The notes: generated by a model from the letters alone, not told the origin. DNA of 64,000 nt from the human T2T-CHM13v2.0 reference genome, Homo sapiens (GCF_009914755.1 NC_060930.1); one strand, 5' to 3'; shown: positions 33,277 to 48,461, counted from the stretch's first letter. A program made the numbers and translations.

Positions 33277-34188
33277 ATCATGGGAGACTGACATATGAAT
33301 AAATCATCACATGACAGTGGGTAAATGCTGTGATAGGGGCACATGAAAACATTCCTGCAGTTATTTCTGTGGTGTTCACAGACAAGAAACTCTGGTCGGG
33401 TTGGTATGCAACAAGATTAAAAAGACAAAACAACAACAACAACCAAACTCTGGTAGGGGATGAAGGGGCAGCCTGACCAAAGGACACATCTCCAGGCTGA
33501 CGGGTCAGAGAACTAGGATCCTCATGGTTCCCTGGTCTTTGATCCATGGGGAAAATCAAGCAGGGATTTATGAAAATGCTATGTAATTCCATATGTAGAT
33601 TAATTAAAATCCTTCCCACTCCAGCTCCCACTTCCAAAGATAGTCACCCTCAAGAAAACCATTGATGTTGACATTTTAGGTGCCTACTGGATCAAGTATT
33701 TATTTGGTCAGTTTAGTTTCCATGTCCTTTTATCTCTAGCTATCAAAAAAATGGCAAACATTTATTTGCCAATTTATTTATTTAACTATAAATAGATGGC
33801 AAATTAACTGTAAATAAATTTGCCATTTATTTATAGTTATTTGTTCAATAACTATAGTGCAAAAAAAACAGTATTCTTGCTCACCTAGGAAGGATAGAGG
33901 GAAATGCAAGGAACAAATGCTGCAAAGTAATCAAAGAGACTGCTGCCCTGGATCAACCTGTTGTGTGTATGTGTGTGTTTGAGTGTGTGTGTGGGGTGTC
34001 GGGGTCGGGGGTAGGTAGCAGTGCAAATACAGGCTGGGGCTAGGAGAACCAAGAACCAAATGCTCACATAAAAGTTGTTTTATTTCAAGCAATGTTAAAA
34101 AGAACTAAAGTCTAGAACAGCTAAATACCTGGAATTTACTTTCACAGGATTTGACCTTGATTTTTATGTGTTAAGAGAGTGGAGTGAA

Positions 34189-34488
34189 GGCTGGGCACAG
34201 TGGCTCACACCTGTAATCCCAGCACTTTGGGAAGCCAAGGAGGGCAGATTACTTGAGCCTAGGAGTTTAAGACCAGCCTGGGAATCATGGTGAAACGCCA
34301 TCTCTACAAAAAATACAAAAATTAGGCAGGCTTGGTGGTGTGTGACTGTAGTCCCAGCTACTCGGGAGGCTGAGGTGGGAGGATCACTTGAGCCTGGGGA
34401 GGTCGAGGCCGCAGTGAGTCATGATTGTGCCACTGCACTCCAGCCTGGGCAACAGAGTGACACTCTGTCTCCAAGAGAGAAAGAGAAA

Positions 34489-34549
<61 letters not shown>
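34189..34549 (+). mobile_element. AluJ with (CA)n(GA)n tail microsatellite
   Basis: Dimer followed by about 20 CA and about 9 GA units. Confidence 0.93.
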
Positions 34550-35335
34550 GAGTGGGTTTCATCTAGCAAAGTTACCTGGAGAAGGTGTGTTTGAGTTCTG
34601 TCTTGAAGGCCTAGAATTTGAGTAGGCACAGAGGAGGAAACAGGGCATTGCCCACAGGGAGAGGCACCTATTCAAAGGCATATTTTAGTGTGTCATGTGT
34701 GCACGTGTGTGCAGCAGGACTGATGGGGCTGGTCAGCATGAAGGTGAGAGGGTGAGGAGATCCAAGAGGACTTAGACTTGGCAGTGGAAAGGTTGTTAAC
34801 TGATTAAATTTCAGACTCAATGAGAAAACCAAAGGAATTTATCTCACTGAATAGAAAAATGGATACATAGAAATTTCTGGGGCATGTCTGTAAAAGTAGG
34901 GCAGAGCAGTGGCTTGAGATAACATCTTGGATAACTCAAGGGCTGTCCCACTTTTGACTGAATTACTCAGGAATTCAGAAAATTGCTTCACAGTTGTGTT
35001 CTTGCAATCATATTCTGCCACGGGCTTCCAGCAGGTGGTATATTAGGAAAAATATTTACATAAAAGAAGATAAAGAGTCATTTTATTTTCATCCTAATCC
35101 ATGTTCTACCTTAATTGCCTTATGGAAAAATCCTGTTTACTTGGCCCTCTTTCTTGTGCAGAAATATAGATCATGACCATTGGAAAATGGAATTGCAGTC
35201 TTCTGCCACAGCAGGAAAATACATTATTGTTGGGTTGGGTGTTTCATTAAAGGTTTCTGCAGAGGCTGAATATCTTTATCTAAAATTCACAAAAATGCCT
35301 CAGGCCAATATCCTAAAAAAATGAGAATTATTTAC

Positions 35336-35584
35336 CTGGAATCTCCTTGGTTCTCTCTCTGTTGCTCGTTTTCTTTCTCTTTTCTTATCTTGCTGATTAT
35401 TTTACTGTGGCTCTGTACAGCCATAAGATTCTCTACTAATTTACTACTTTTAACCACTCTCGATTCAGTATCAGAGTGATAAATTGTTTGATTCTTTTTT
35501 CTGTTGTGGAGATCAGGAAGTGTAGGAGATTTATACCTAAATATTCTTCTTCCCGATTTAAGAAGGAACAATAGTCTCGAATTC
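35336..35584 (-). pseudogene. Candidate 249-nt exon, open and phase 2-2
   Basis: ttatcttttcctAG acceptor, CAG|GTAAAT donor, 83 codons without a stop (NSRLLFLLKSGRR...QQRENQGDS). Confidence 0.6.
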
Positions 35585-36319
35585 CTAGGAAAAGATAATT
35601 TGGAGAATCCATACCAGAACGAGTGTTCCAATGAAGATGTTTTCTTTGCATGCTGATTTCTTTCTTGTAGGTTATCTCTTTATTGCAGAACCACAGAAGT
35701 TGGAGGGGTCTCCAGAGGATGTCTAAGATGAATCACTGCCTCAGGCAGACACAGACCAAAGAGTGGTGTGAAGTTAGATTCTGGGCCCAAACAACCATTC
35801 CAGAAAGAGCTCTATAAACTTTCATTATTAATAAATAAAAACATTCTGAGATGCTCTGCTAACTAAGTTTTATGGTCAATATTTATAGCTAGTTACTAAA
35901 TTACCACTAAAAGCTTATCACAGGTCCATTTCTAAAGATGCATATTATCTAACAGGGTGGTTGTTCTTAATCACATTCCATTTTCACACTTAAAATAGGT
36001 AAAAGCACATATCCATGTTCCCAAAGGTTTGCATCTCTAATAGAGTTAAAATTGCACTTATGCATTTTTCTATAACTTTGTTAGTCTTAGCGTTGAATAC
36101 CAAACTTGTCTTTACACAGGCAAAACACAGCTAAAGTTGTAAGCACTGTCTGGCCATTAAAACTGTAAGCACTTCACTTGACAGACCCAAATAATCAAGG
36201 AGGAATAACTTGGGGGAACTTATATTGACTCTTTCAATTCTCTTTTTATAAGGAAATCGTTTCCTGTGTCCAATTTGATTATAGGAAGAAAATGATGAAG
36301 GTGGCCTCACACATGCCTA

Positions 36320-36689
36320 GCTTCCTCCTTTTGCCGGGCTCTTACAAAATACCCTTGACTATGTGGCTTAAACAACAGGCATTTATTTCTCATAGCTCTG
36401 GAGGCTGGGAAGTCCAAAATCAAGGTGCTGGCATATTTGGTTCCAATGAGTACCTCCTTCCTAGACTGCAGACAGTCGCCTTTTTGCTGTGTCCTCACAT
36501 GGCAGAAAGACAGAGACCAAGCTCCCTGGTGTCTCTTATTATAAGGACACTAATCATATCATGAGAGCCCCATTCTTATGACCTCATCTAAACCCATTTA
36601 TCTCCCAAAGGTCCTGGCTCCAAATACCATCACATTGGGTATTAGGGCTTCAACATATAATTTTGTGGGGACAAAATTCGGCCATATCA
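36320..36689 (-). mobile_element. MaLR LTR (MLT1A-like)
   Basis: ggcttaaacaacaggcatttatttctcatagctctggaggctgggaagtcc. Confidence 0.88.
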
Positions 36690-36756
36690 TATAGAATACA
36701 ATACTATTATAAGTATACAAATTATAAGTAGACAGCTCAATAAATTTTTGCAAAGT

Positions 36757-37146
<390 letters not shown>

Positions 37147-38209
37147 TCACTATTCTGACTTCTTGACACCATCGATTGGTTTTGCCTGTTTTCGAACTTT
37201 TGAATACTCTGTGAAGAATATCTATAGCAGCACTCTTTACAATAGCCTAAAGGTGGAAGTGATTTGGTGAACATGCGTACCCATTTCTGTTGGGTATAGA
37301 CCTAGAGATGGGATCGTGGAGTCATCAGGTATGTGTATGCTCAGCTTTACTAGATATTGACAAACAGTTTTTCCAAACTGGTTGGGCCAATTTAAACCCC
37401 CATGAGTTTGAGAGTGCTTATTGCTCCACACCTTCACCAACACTTTGTATTGTCAGTCTTTTTCATTTTAGCCATTCTAGTGGTATGTAATTGCATCACA
37501 TGTGCTTTAATTTGTGCTTCCTTGATGACTAATGAAGTTGAGCATCTTTTCCTATTTTTAAAATTACAAGTGCTTTTAATTAGGATACCATGACTGCCAA
37601 ACAGCTCCACCCTACTTTGTGTCATCTGAAGGACTAAGCTGTGCATTGTAATTCAAGTCTTCACTGTAATGATACTCTATGGTGCTTGGACTGACATCAA
37701 GCCACTCGGCTCGATTATACTTCGGTCTGGCCTTTGACTAAGTGTTAAGCCATATTTTGATAAGTAATTAATGAGAATATAATGTAGACTAGACTTGAAT
37801 CTCTGGAGGAAATTAGCTCTAATTCTGCCTCCCTTATCTACATAACATGTAGATCAACCCTGTAGTAGAAGAACTACCTCTCAGGCTGTTCTTCATGGAT
37901 CCATGCAAGGTTATTTGAACCTAGTGCTTCTCTGAGTCATGTCAAATAGATAGTTTGATGATTTGTCCTTGTGTATCCACAGGAATTAATGTTAAAGGAT
38001 GTGTTATAATTGTCAGTCTCATGTGTCTTCCTCCTTTCCCTGAAACTGTCAAGGCAGTGGGACTCTATGCTGGCAGGAGGTTGGAACGTTAGTTGCTTTA
38101 ACATCACCATTTCCAAGGTTCTCTATCTCAGGCAATCCTTTCTCCTTTTAGTTGTGTCTGTTTAAAAATACCAAGCTTTTCAGATGGCCAACATCCTCTT
38201 GATGCTAGT

Positions 38210-38711
38210 TTTCATGCGCGTCCGTGTGAAGAGACTACCAAACAGGCTTTGTGTGAGCAATAAAGCTTTTAATCACCAGGGTGCAGGCGGGCTGAGTCCG
38301 AAAAGAGAGTCAGCGAAGGGAGATAGGGGTGGGGCCGTTTTATAAGATTTGGGTAGGTAAAGGAAAATTACAGTCAAAGGGGCTTTGTTCTCTGGTGGGC
38401 AGGAGTGGGGGTTGCAAGGTGCTCAGTGAGGGAGCTTTTTGAGCCAGGAAGAGCCAGGAAAAGGACTTTCACAAGGTAATGTCATCACTTAAGGCAAGGA
38501 CCAGCCATTTTCACTTCTTTTGTGGTGGAATGTCATCAGTTAAGGCAAGGACCGGCCATTTACACTTCTTTTGTGGTGGAATGTCATCAGTTAAGGCAGG
38601 GCAGGGCATTTTCACTTCTTTTGTGATTCTTCAGTTACTTCAGGCCATCTGGGCATATACGTGCAAGTCACAGGGGATGCGATGGCTTGGTTTGGGCTCA
38701 GAGGCCTGACA
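38210..38711 (-). mobile_element. Solo HERV-H LTR (LTR7B/LTR7Y type)
   Basis: Reverse complement TGTCAGGCCTCTGAGCCCAA...CACACGGACGCGCATGAAA. 5-bp TSD CTAGT at 38205-38209 and 38712-38716. Confidence 0.97.
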
Positions 38712-40249
38712 CTAGTCAGTTCACTGTGGTCCACCAATGGAGTTGATTATGAAATTTGAGGTAAGGATGCTGACTTTTGGAAGGTGTCCCCAGGTATCTG
38801 CTTGGTAATCTTATGGAATGATATATTATTATTTCTCCCAAAAGGGAGCCACTCTAATAATACATTGTTCAGTGAACTTTGAGTTTATTTAAAAATGATG
38901 CATTAGAACCACTGTGAACTTTAGAAACTGCATGTTCTGGAAACTATCTGTAGAGTTTCCTTAAGAAGTATGTTATTTGCTATGCTTTTTAGTTGGTATA
39001 TCTTTTCTTAAGAATATTGGTCCTAATATATTTTTAAAACTTACAGATTTAGACTTGTCTTTGAGTTTTGTACTTAGATTTGCTATCACACTGTCCTTGG
39101 TTTTAACATTCAGGAGAAAACCACATTGAACAACCCAATCTCCTTCTACCAGGTAATTTTTTGGACATCTGGGATTTGAAAAGGTGCTTCACTTTGATTA
39201 GAAGTGTGTTCTGTTATTCTCTATTAACCAAGCACCAGATAATTATTAAGAATCTTCTAGGGGTGGGTGAGCCTCTCATGGGTGGCCTGATTCATTTTGG
39301 GATCCCTGCCCAGACGGTCATTAAGAAGTGTCAGCCAGTGAAGAGCTGGGCGCCTGCTCTGCTTGACATGAATCAAGACAACTTTATTTCTCTTGAGCCA
39401 AACAAACAAATGAAACACTCCCCTCAACCTTCAACAAAACAACAACAATGAAGAGAGGAGTTTGCCTGCCAAGCAATCTAGGCTTGAACCAACTGCTGCT
39501 CAATAAACATCATTCCCTGGAGGCCGTCTCTGCCCACCCTCTGATTCTCTTGACCCATCTTGTTCCATAGTGGACAGCAGGTTTACTATTGGAGCTCTGT
39601 TTGATCTTCTGTCACTAACTTATACCTGTGGTTAATTTTGATTGTCCTGCTCGTTGAGGTACTTGTGTTCAGCTGTGGCTGTCACATGCTTGTTAGAGGT
39701 ATGGAAAAATACAGCATTCGGTGATATTTATCAATGTGTGTCTAGAGATCTGAGACTTCTTAGGTAAAAAAGCAACAGTCAACTTTTGTAAGATGAATAC
39801 ATGTGGTAATTTAGACATTTATGAGCTACTGTAAATCTTTTCTGCATGAAGCTTTGAAAAATTGTTTTCAGATTTTCTTTCTTTCCGTAACTCCTAAGTA
39901 CTTGGACATAATTGATTTTCAATGATTACACATAACTGCTCCAACTTACATAGACTGTCATCTCAAATCACATTTTCCAATTTTAAAGAAATAAAATGAA
40001 ATTCACATTTTGAAGTAATTTGTCATTAGCTAAGACAAATCTGGTTGGGTTTCTTTTTTGTTTTGTTTTGTTTTGTTTTTTCCTTTATAGACCATATTGG
40101 AAATTTTCACCTGGACATTCATATGTTATTTTCTCTCAGAGGACTTTGTCAGTAGGCAGAAGATAAGAAGACAAGTTAGTTTGCCTTGAGAGTATCTCTC
40201 AGTTACTACAGCGCAGGAGAGGAACGTGTTGGATAACCTATGGCCCCTT

Positions 40250-40455
40250 GCTAGTCATTCTCAAACTTTAGGGTACATCAGAGGTACCTGGGGATCTTGT
40301 CATAGAATATAATTCTTGGGTTCCACTTCTGGAGATCTGATTTAGTAGGACTGAGATCTGTTTTTGTTTTTGGCGATCTATATTTTTTTTTAGCAAGCAT
40401 TCCAATACCTGTGATGTGCATACCACAGAAGCACATTGTATGAAATACAGACCCA
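40250..40455. mobile_element. MER5-like
   Basis: ttctcaaacttt..catcaga..cctgggga..gagatctgatttagtagg. Confidence 0.7.
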
Positions 40456-40577
40456 GGGCTTCTTATTATACCACAAGGAACGGTTGCTGAAGCAGGTAAG
40501 AAGACTGGTCATGGCGAACTCTGTTCATATCATAGCTAAGAGAAAAGATGTCTCTTTAGATCTAAAGTTCTAATTAT

Positions 40578-41015
40578 ATGTCCTCGGCTGGGTTCCCTAG
40601 GAGCAGAGCCTAAGACAGGCAACAAATTGTATGTGATTTATTGGAAGGGTCTTAGGAGAAAGGGAGCGAGGGAAGTGGGCAAGGGCAAGACAAGGAGCTA
40701 AGCAAGGCTATGGTCTCAGTTGGAGGCTGGCTTTAGCCTGATACCATGGGGAGCACTGGGGCATGAATTCCACCACATAGACCTTGAGGAAAGTCAATCA
40801 GACTTTTGTATCCCATGTCAGTCACTGTTTACAGGCTGCCCTGTGGTGGATGGGTGATGTAACCTCATGGAGGAGGCCATCCCTATTCTACACAGGGCAG
40901 CTCCCCTGGGAGGAAGCCTCTGGAGCCACTAGCAACCCACACTCATGGCAGCCGGGGGATAGGTGCACCAGCCAGGTAGAGGGGATCTACGAGGGGCACC
41001 ATCAGTATTCATTAC
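40578..41015 (-). mobile_element. Old ERVL LTR (LTR16-like)
   Basis: tgtcctcggctgggttccctaggagcagagcctaagaca...tttattgg. Confidence 0.65.
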
Positions 41016-42336
41016 ACTATGACAACATGGAGTCATGTGGGAGGCTTTTCACAACGTGGCTTCTGTTCTTGGTCCCTCTGACTGCTCTTGCTGTAGTCAT
41101 TTACTTAGTAAGCTTGCGTTATTATGATTCTTTTTATAATTGCAAGGGAAAATATGGACAGCACATATACTTGGCTTTTTTCTGTGTCATATTTTTCTTC
41201 CTGTGCTTTAGTAAGGATTGTCATCTTGTAGCAAAGTGTAGAAAACATGGCAGGCTCCTTTGTCAATTTTGTTTCCTAGTCTCAATGAGAGGAACAATGA
41301 CTTCAAATATTGAATTATGGATCCTCAGGCTGTAGTGAAATCTTAATGTGTTTTACGCAAAACTTCATTTGCAGATGATTCTGTTTCATGCTTCTTGTAA
41401 TGACATTGCTTGCGGAGGAGTTCCCTTGTTTAGGACCTTCAATGAGAAATATGATGTTCTGGAAACGATTGAACTGGTTGTCATTGGTTACTTGGCTTTA
41501 TTAAATAAAGCAGACTCTTTTAAATTGTGTTCTGTGGAACATTAGTGTCTTTTGCACTGTATTCTACAAAAAAAAGTTCTATGCTCGAATATTTTTGGTG
41601 GCATTCTGTGTATGATATTCCCCTCTTGGAGATTCACAAAGCACTTTGGCCCATGAAAGACTAAATATTCTGCAGGAAAGAAAACTTCTTACCTTTGTTT
41701 AACTGATTGTTTTTCAAATCTGTTTGCTCGTGGAAGAGCCTCCTGTCATGGCTGCCTCCTTCATTTGTTTTTGTTTTTTGTTTTTTTTTCTCAGAATATA
41801 TGTTACCATCTCACAGAACACAGTTTCGAGAATACTGGTATAACATATCATTCCTCATCATGTGTTATCAGAGCATTGGTAAGCAACAAAGAACTAGTTC
41901 CACCCTTTTACACCTTGTAAACCCAGCCCTTGACATCTTATTTACATGCAAGGCAAGTGCAAAGCAGATTTGGGGACAGGGCAGTCTCTGGAGGACAAGG
42001 ACAAGTTATTTGTTTTCTATGCTGAAGGGGCCATAAAAACAGCAACATATTTAATGAGGCCTCACTGTAGCTATTTTAGCCTCCATAAAACATCTTACTC
42101 AGCCTAACCTACAATTACTTAATGGACAGAGTTTTACAAACAGCTAGTCTCCAGCCTCAAATGTTTATTAAGTGTCTGTTCCTTTTGGAGCGACTTTACT
42201 AAGGAGAGTCATGCAAGATTAAAAAGATAGAATATTAAAAATTCAGCCAATACACACCAGGGCTACCCTGATGATAACAACTGTGGTGTAATGTTTTTGA
42301 ATTCATATGGATTCCCACGTTCTCAGTAAAACATAC

Positions 42337-42441
42337 CCTGCCATTTCCCAACATTCTTTCAGTAAAAAAATTATTTGGACCATCATGAGTATTTGGCATT
42401 TCTTTTTTGCATGAGACAGATCCTCTGTGACTTGTATTTTT
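42337..42441 (-). pseudogene. Candidate 105-nt pseudo-exon
   Basis: Long polypyrimidine tract plus AG, AGG|GTATGT donor, frame-preserving, two open frames. Confidence 0.5.
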
Positions 42442-42573
42442 CTAAGAAATGTTGAGTTGTAAAAGATAAAGGTGAATGAATATTTATTTATTTTATACAG
42501 CACTTTGAAGTTTGCAGAAAACTCCCCCTCCGACTATCATTTTTGTACTTAAAAAATCCCATGAGAATAGCAG

Positions 42574-43658
<1,085 letters not shown>

Positions 43659-43747
43659 AAGGACTCCTGGAAGGCTGGCCAGAGCAGCCTCACAGATTTC
43701 AGAAGCTTAATTTTTATTCACCTTGATCATTATCCTGAGTGACTTTA

Positions 43748-44557
43748 TCCTTAAAGTGACTTTATCTTTTTAACACTCCCTGCCCTACCCCACCAACTCA
43801 TTTCTCTCCCCACTCTTCTCTTCCCAGGTAATAGCACTAGAGTCCACCCAAATTAGAAACCGCACAGATATCTCTAGTTCCTGTGTCTCTCTTTCCACTC
43901 AGACAGCCTTTCCTGGGTTTTTCTTTTTGCATCATAAGAAAATTCTAGAAGCAAATCACAAGACTTTCCCTTCCTTGCTCTTATTTCCCTCCTGCTTACT
44001 TATGCTCTACCAGCTTAGCATCCAGACCCAACCACAGCTTTCTTTTCTGCTACGTGATCCATTGCTTAGCAATAGTTACCTCTTGAGTCATGGGAGGGTG
44101 GTAAGTCTCGTGTGTGTGCATGAGTGTGGACACACGTAAAAGTTGATGGGGAGTGAAGTAGTCAGAGGCCATATTTAGACAGAGTCCTGCATTCTCTGCC
44201 GAGGAATATGGATTTTCTCTATTAGGAAGCCTAAGTAATCTAGGACCACGGATCCTTTGGATAGTGTAGAAGATAGTCTGAAAACACAGGAAGCTGTTTC
44301 ATGAACATGGCAGACAGTGAGGTCTGGAAAATGGGCATAGCTGAGGTAATAGAAAGGACAAGGCCATATATGAATGAGATTTCTGAGGTAGAATAGACTG
44401 GGCTGGGTGGAAACAGAGACACAGGAACTAGCGATATCTGTGCGGTTTCTAATTTGGATGGACTCTAGTGCTATTACCTGGGAAGAGAAGAGTGGGGAGA
44501 GAAATGAGTTGGTGGGGTAGGGCAGGGAGACTCAAAAAGATAAAGTCACTTTAAGGA
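43748..44557. repeat. 155-bp inverted duplication (43748-43902 / 44403-44557)
   Basis: Arms are reverse complements with about 7 mismatches. Confidence 0.95.
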
Positions 44558-44700
44558 CATGCTAAGTTTGAAATGAGATATTTAGAAAGCAGCTTAAAAT
44601 ATTGGTCTTTTTCTTAACAGAGAAAGAGAACAAAACTTGAGATTTAGATCTGGCATTAAACAGTGTATAAAGACCTGGGCATGGTTGGATGCCTCCAGGA
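44140..44700 (-). mobile_element. L2 fragment
   Basis: gagatttctgaggtagaatagac, ggacatgctaagtttgaaatg. Confidence 0.7.
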
Positions 44701-45724
44701 AGAGTATGGTGCCAGAATAAGTCACCCACACAACTCAGGTGTGTTGGAAATGTCACATGTCTTTATGGCTTATAAGTCAACTTCACTTCATGCTGAGCAC
44801 CCCTTTTTTTAGTCTGGGGAAAACCTAACTTCACGGATTTGAGTTTATCCTCCTCTTATGTGGTGTGGAGTCTTCAGAGTGCAGATTGGTGGTCTGGTCT
44901 TTGGTCATCCATCTATGGAGATTACTGCTAAAGCTGCCACCAACCTCCTGGATTCCTTCTTCTCTGCCATAGCTATGCCATGTTAGGCTGCCTGTGGTTT
45001 TGTCTGCCTGGCATGCACTCCACCCAACTTTTCCACCTGGGGTTTTGCTGTCAACACTGTAGACTAAAAAGGAGCATGGGCTTCTCTGCAACCCTTTGGC
45101 ATGTCTCTTCCCCTTCTTCCCTCCTCTCACCCAGGGACATCTCTTGTTAGTCTGGAAAAGGGAAAGAGGGAAGAAAGGATGAAGCCCCCACTGTATTACT
45201 TCTCACATTAGCTCCCACTTTCTCCCCAAACCACCAACTCTTCTTTAGGGCTAAACATTGTTTTTCAGGGAAATAAAAGCCAGATGGACTTGCTGGCTAT
45301 TGTTGGTTTTGACCCTGATGGATGCTTTCCTGAGGTTATGGAGTATCAAGACTGCCACCAGCTTGAACTGGGGGAAGGAAATAAATACAGGGAGGAAAAA
45401 AGGCTAATATCTTAAAATACTATCCAGCCACAGTATTAAAGTAAGAAGAGAAGGCGAGCAAGCCTGTGGGCTACAGAGTGTGGATCCAAGAAGGAGCAGA
45501 AAGGTGGCATCCAAGGAAGAAGCCAGAAAGCTCCTAGAGGGCGACAAAATCGCCACTCTGAGGACACCAAGACACAAGGCAGTGTCCCCCATGTGATGCA
45601 ACAGGATGGGAACTGAACATGGCGGAAGTGAGCAGGTGGGTTTAGAGCCTGGTGTCTTTAAAGTATGCCTATGGCCTAGTCTGTGGTTGGGAGGTCAGAC
45701 TGGGTTCAGATGGAGCCACCTCTG

Positions 45725-45830
45725 TCTTATGGGTGATTATGTCATGACACAAAGTGTTCTCCTGATCTTATCTCTCTTATGGGTGATTATGTCATGACAC
45801 AAAGTGTTCTCCTGATCTTATCTCTCTTAT
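45725..45830 (+). repeat. Perfect 50-bp tandem duplication
   Basis: 45731-45780 is identical to 45781-45830. Confidence 0.97.
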
Positions 45831-46272
45831 CTGTTTCTCTAATATCTCCCACCCTGGGCTACACATCCCTTGGGGGCAGAACAATGCCCTTTACATTCTT
45901 ATACCCTCAGCCCCTAGCACAATGTCTGATGCATAGTGGATTCATAATTTAGATTTAATGAATGACTATAGGCCAAGGTTTTCCAAGAAGGTCAACATTT
46001 TCTCTGCCCAGATATAGGGCTGAAGTTATCCAAGATCTCAGAGGAATTTCCCTTTAGTTCTGTGCAGCAAGAGCTCTGAGGCCTTTGAACTTAGGCCTAG
46101 TAATCTGGTTTCCAGTGATAAGGGTGGGTAGCACCACTGATAGTGGGGTGAAAGATAGGGTTTGGACATTTGCTTGTTTTCTCCCTTCGTTTGTACCCTA
46201 ATGCAGACATTGTGGTCATATTACTTTGGAAATATTTTAACTCGTGGATGCAATTCAGAAATAAATCAATTT

Positions 46273-46657
<385 letters not shown>

Positions 46658-46786
46658 TTAAAAAACTCCTGGTTAGGAAGTTAAGAAAGTTAGTAAATAG
46701 CTGTAATTCATAGAAAAATAAAAGCGCAAGTGTTGAAAAAAAAATAAAGGAATGGGAGAGGGAGGGTTTCTGCTTGATTAAAACTA

Positions 46787-46903
46787 TAAATTATTTAGAA
46801 TTTCCTGTTTATTAGTTATCCCAATTAAAAGTTGTTTCACTGAATCTTGCCAAGCAGAAAAGGCACTTAATTTATATATTATATTTATCTTTTGCAAAAA
46901 ATC
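46787..46903 (-). pseudogene. Candidate pseudo-exon
   Basis: ttttcttattttgtgctttcaAG acceptor, open frame FLQKINIIYKLSAFSAWQDSVKQLL. No clear donor. Confidence 0.35.
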
Positions 46904-47288
46904 TTGAAAGCACAAAATAAGAAAATCTTGGGTGGGGTCTAGGTTATGGCAATGGCTTATTTCCCAACAAAAAAGGTTTAAGAAGGAGAGAGAAGATTTT
47001 TGAAAAAGAGCCAGATTCACTGTTTCCATTTATGGAGAAGTATATGATTTTTGCCAAGGAATTACACACGGCAGACTGAATCCTTTTTTAGCTTCTAAAT
47101 CAAAGTTGGAGAGATACACAGTTTGGAATTATTTCAGCTGTGTTTGAAATTGCTGAGGGATCCTTAGGTGAAAGGTGGTGTGTAAATCTGAATAAATATT
47201 CTTGTTATTTCATTATTGTTGTGATGAGTTATGTTGTCAGGAACGCAGACTGCTGGAATCAGACTGGGAGAACAAAGTGGAATGCTTG

Positions 47289-47408
47289 TCACCTAAAGAT
47301 TGTATTTCACAGCTGTAAACACCCAAAAGAACTTCTGGCAGAGAATCGTCAGCTGTAAATTTACAACCTGCTCAGGCATCCAAGCTTTGTTGGGAAAAAA
47401 ACAATCTC
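47289..47408 (-). pseudogene. Possible second Cys-cap pseudo-exon
   Basis: atattttcAG acceptor. IVFFPTKLGCLSRL and (frameshift) LTILCQ give weak similarity to ILPSHMACCLCQ...AVCK. Confidence 0.3.
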
Positions 47409-48461
47409 CTGAAAATATATTATTCTAAATGTTTGGCTTCTAAGAGAATCTTACTTATGTATTTTTAGTAAGCATGGGGGTAGAAAGGGGTTGAAAAGGA
47501 AGGAGGGGTTCTCAAAAGCACTTTGAAGAACCTGTCGATTTTTCTTTGTTTTCCTCCTCCCCTCCAACATGACATTTTCAGCTTCCTTATAAAGCTAGCC
47601 CTTCGGATTGAAATAGCTAGTGAAGCCATATTTATTGAGTACTAGATGGGTACTTGGGCTAGGGCTGGTTCTTTGGGGACTTTAGATGTTTAAGGTTTGG
47701 TCCTTGCCATTTTGGAATGTTGAGCTAAGAGGGAAAGACCAACCTATGGAAAAGCATAAGGGACCTTCCTTAGAAGAGGAGCTGTAGATCTCTCATTAAA
47801 TGATGGACATGTGGTTTGGAGAATCTGGGCTGGAGAGGTCAGGGCAGTGGCACAAATGAGGGCTCCCTGGTGTCTTAGAGGCTGAAATGACCTTTAAGGG
47901 GAAAATTCCCCTTGTCCATTGTGACAACAGAACAGCCAGAGGACAGGAAGAGGCACAGAAATGCTGCTCTGCCCTCCAGGAAGTTATAGGAGCTTCTTCT
48001 TTGGTACCCAGGCACCAAGAGCACACCTTGGCTGCTCAAGGTGAGGATGTGCCTAGTGGCCCAAGGCGGATGACATGGCCATAGGGAAAAGCAGGCACCA
48101 AAGCCCGGAACTCATTTCCCCAGGATCCTTTGTTCGTCCTAAACTGTGAAGCTCAGACCACGTTCCTGGAGCTGACAGCCATGACCTAGCCTGCTGCTCA
48201 CAGCCCCTTTCTCAGACTTGATGGAACAATGTGAGGTGGGAGTTTCTGGGGGGCCTGGGCAGTTGCTCAGCATTCTGTTTTTCCTGATTGGATCTGGGAA
48301 GGCTGCCTGTGGCAAGAGAATTCCTAGGTGAGCCTCTCTTCCCAAGCCAGGTGCGTGATCCGGCACATTTGAACCCCATTCAGGGAGGTCTGCTCCTCTA
48401 GATCCCTAGCCCAAGAGAGCAACGGGGTCACACACACAGAAAGACACTGAGCTTGCCTGTG

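Larger units (their letters stand above)
39480..41850 (-). pseudogene. Decayed A-rich coding-like segments
   Basis: AAG|GTAAGA donor near 41692 and ttttttttgtAG acceptor near 41564. K/E/N/S-rich translations with scattered stops, separated by LTR16-like and MER5 elements. Confidence 0.35.

Noticed and set aside
38210-38711. HERV-H provirus
   Set aside because: The TSD directly flanks a single LTR, with no primer-binding site or internal sequence.
40784-41335. 183-aa plus-strand ORF with hydrophobic stretch
   Set aside because: Starts inside an old LTR. The hydrophobicity reflects the T-rich antisense of A-rich minus-strand sequence.
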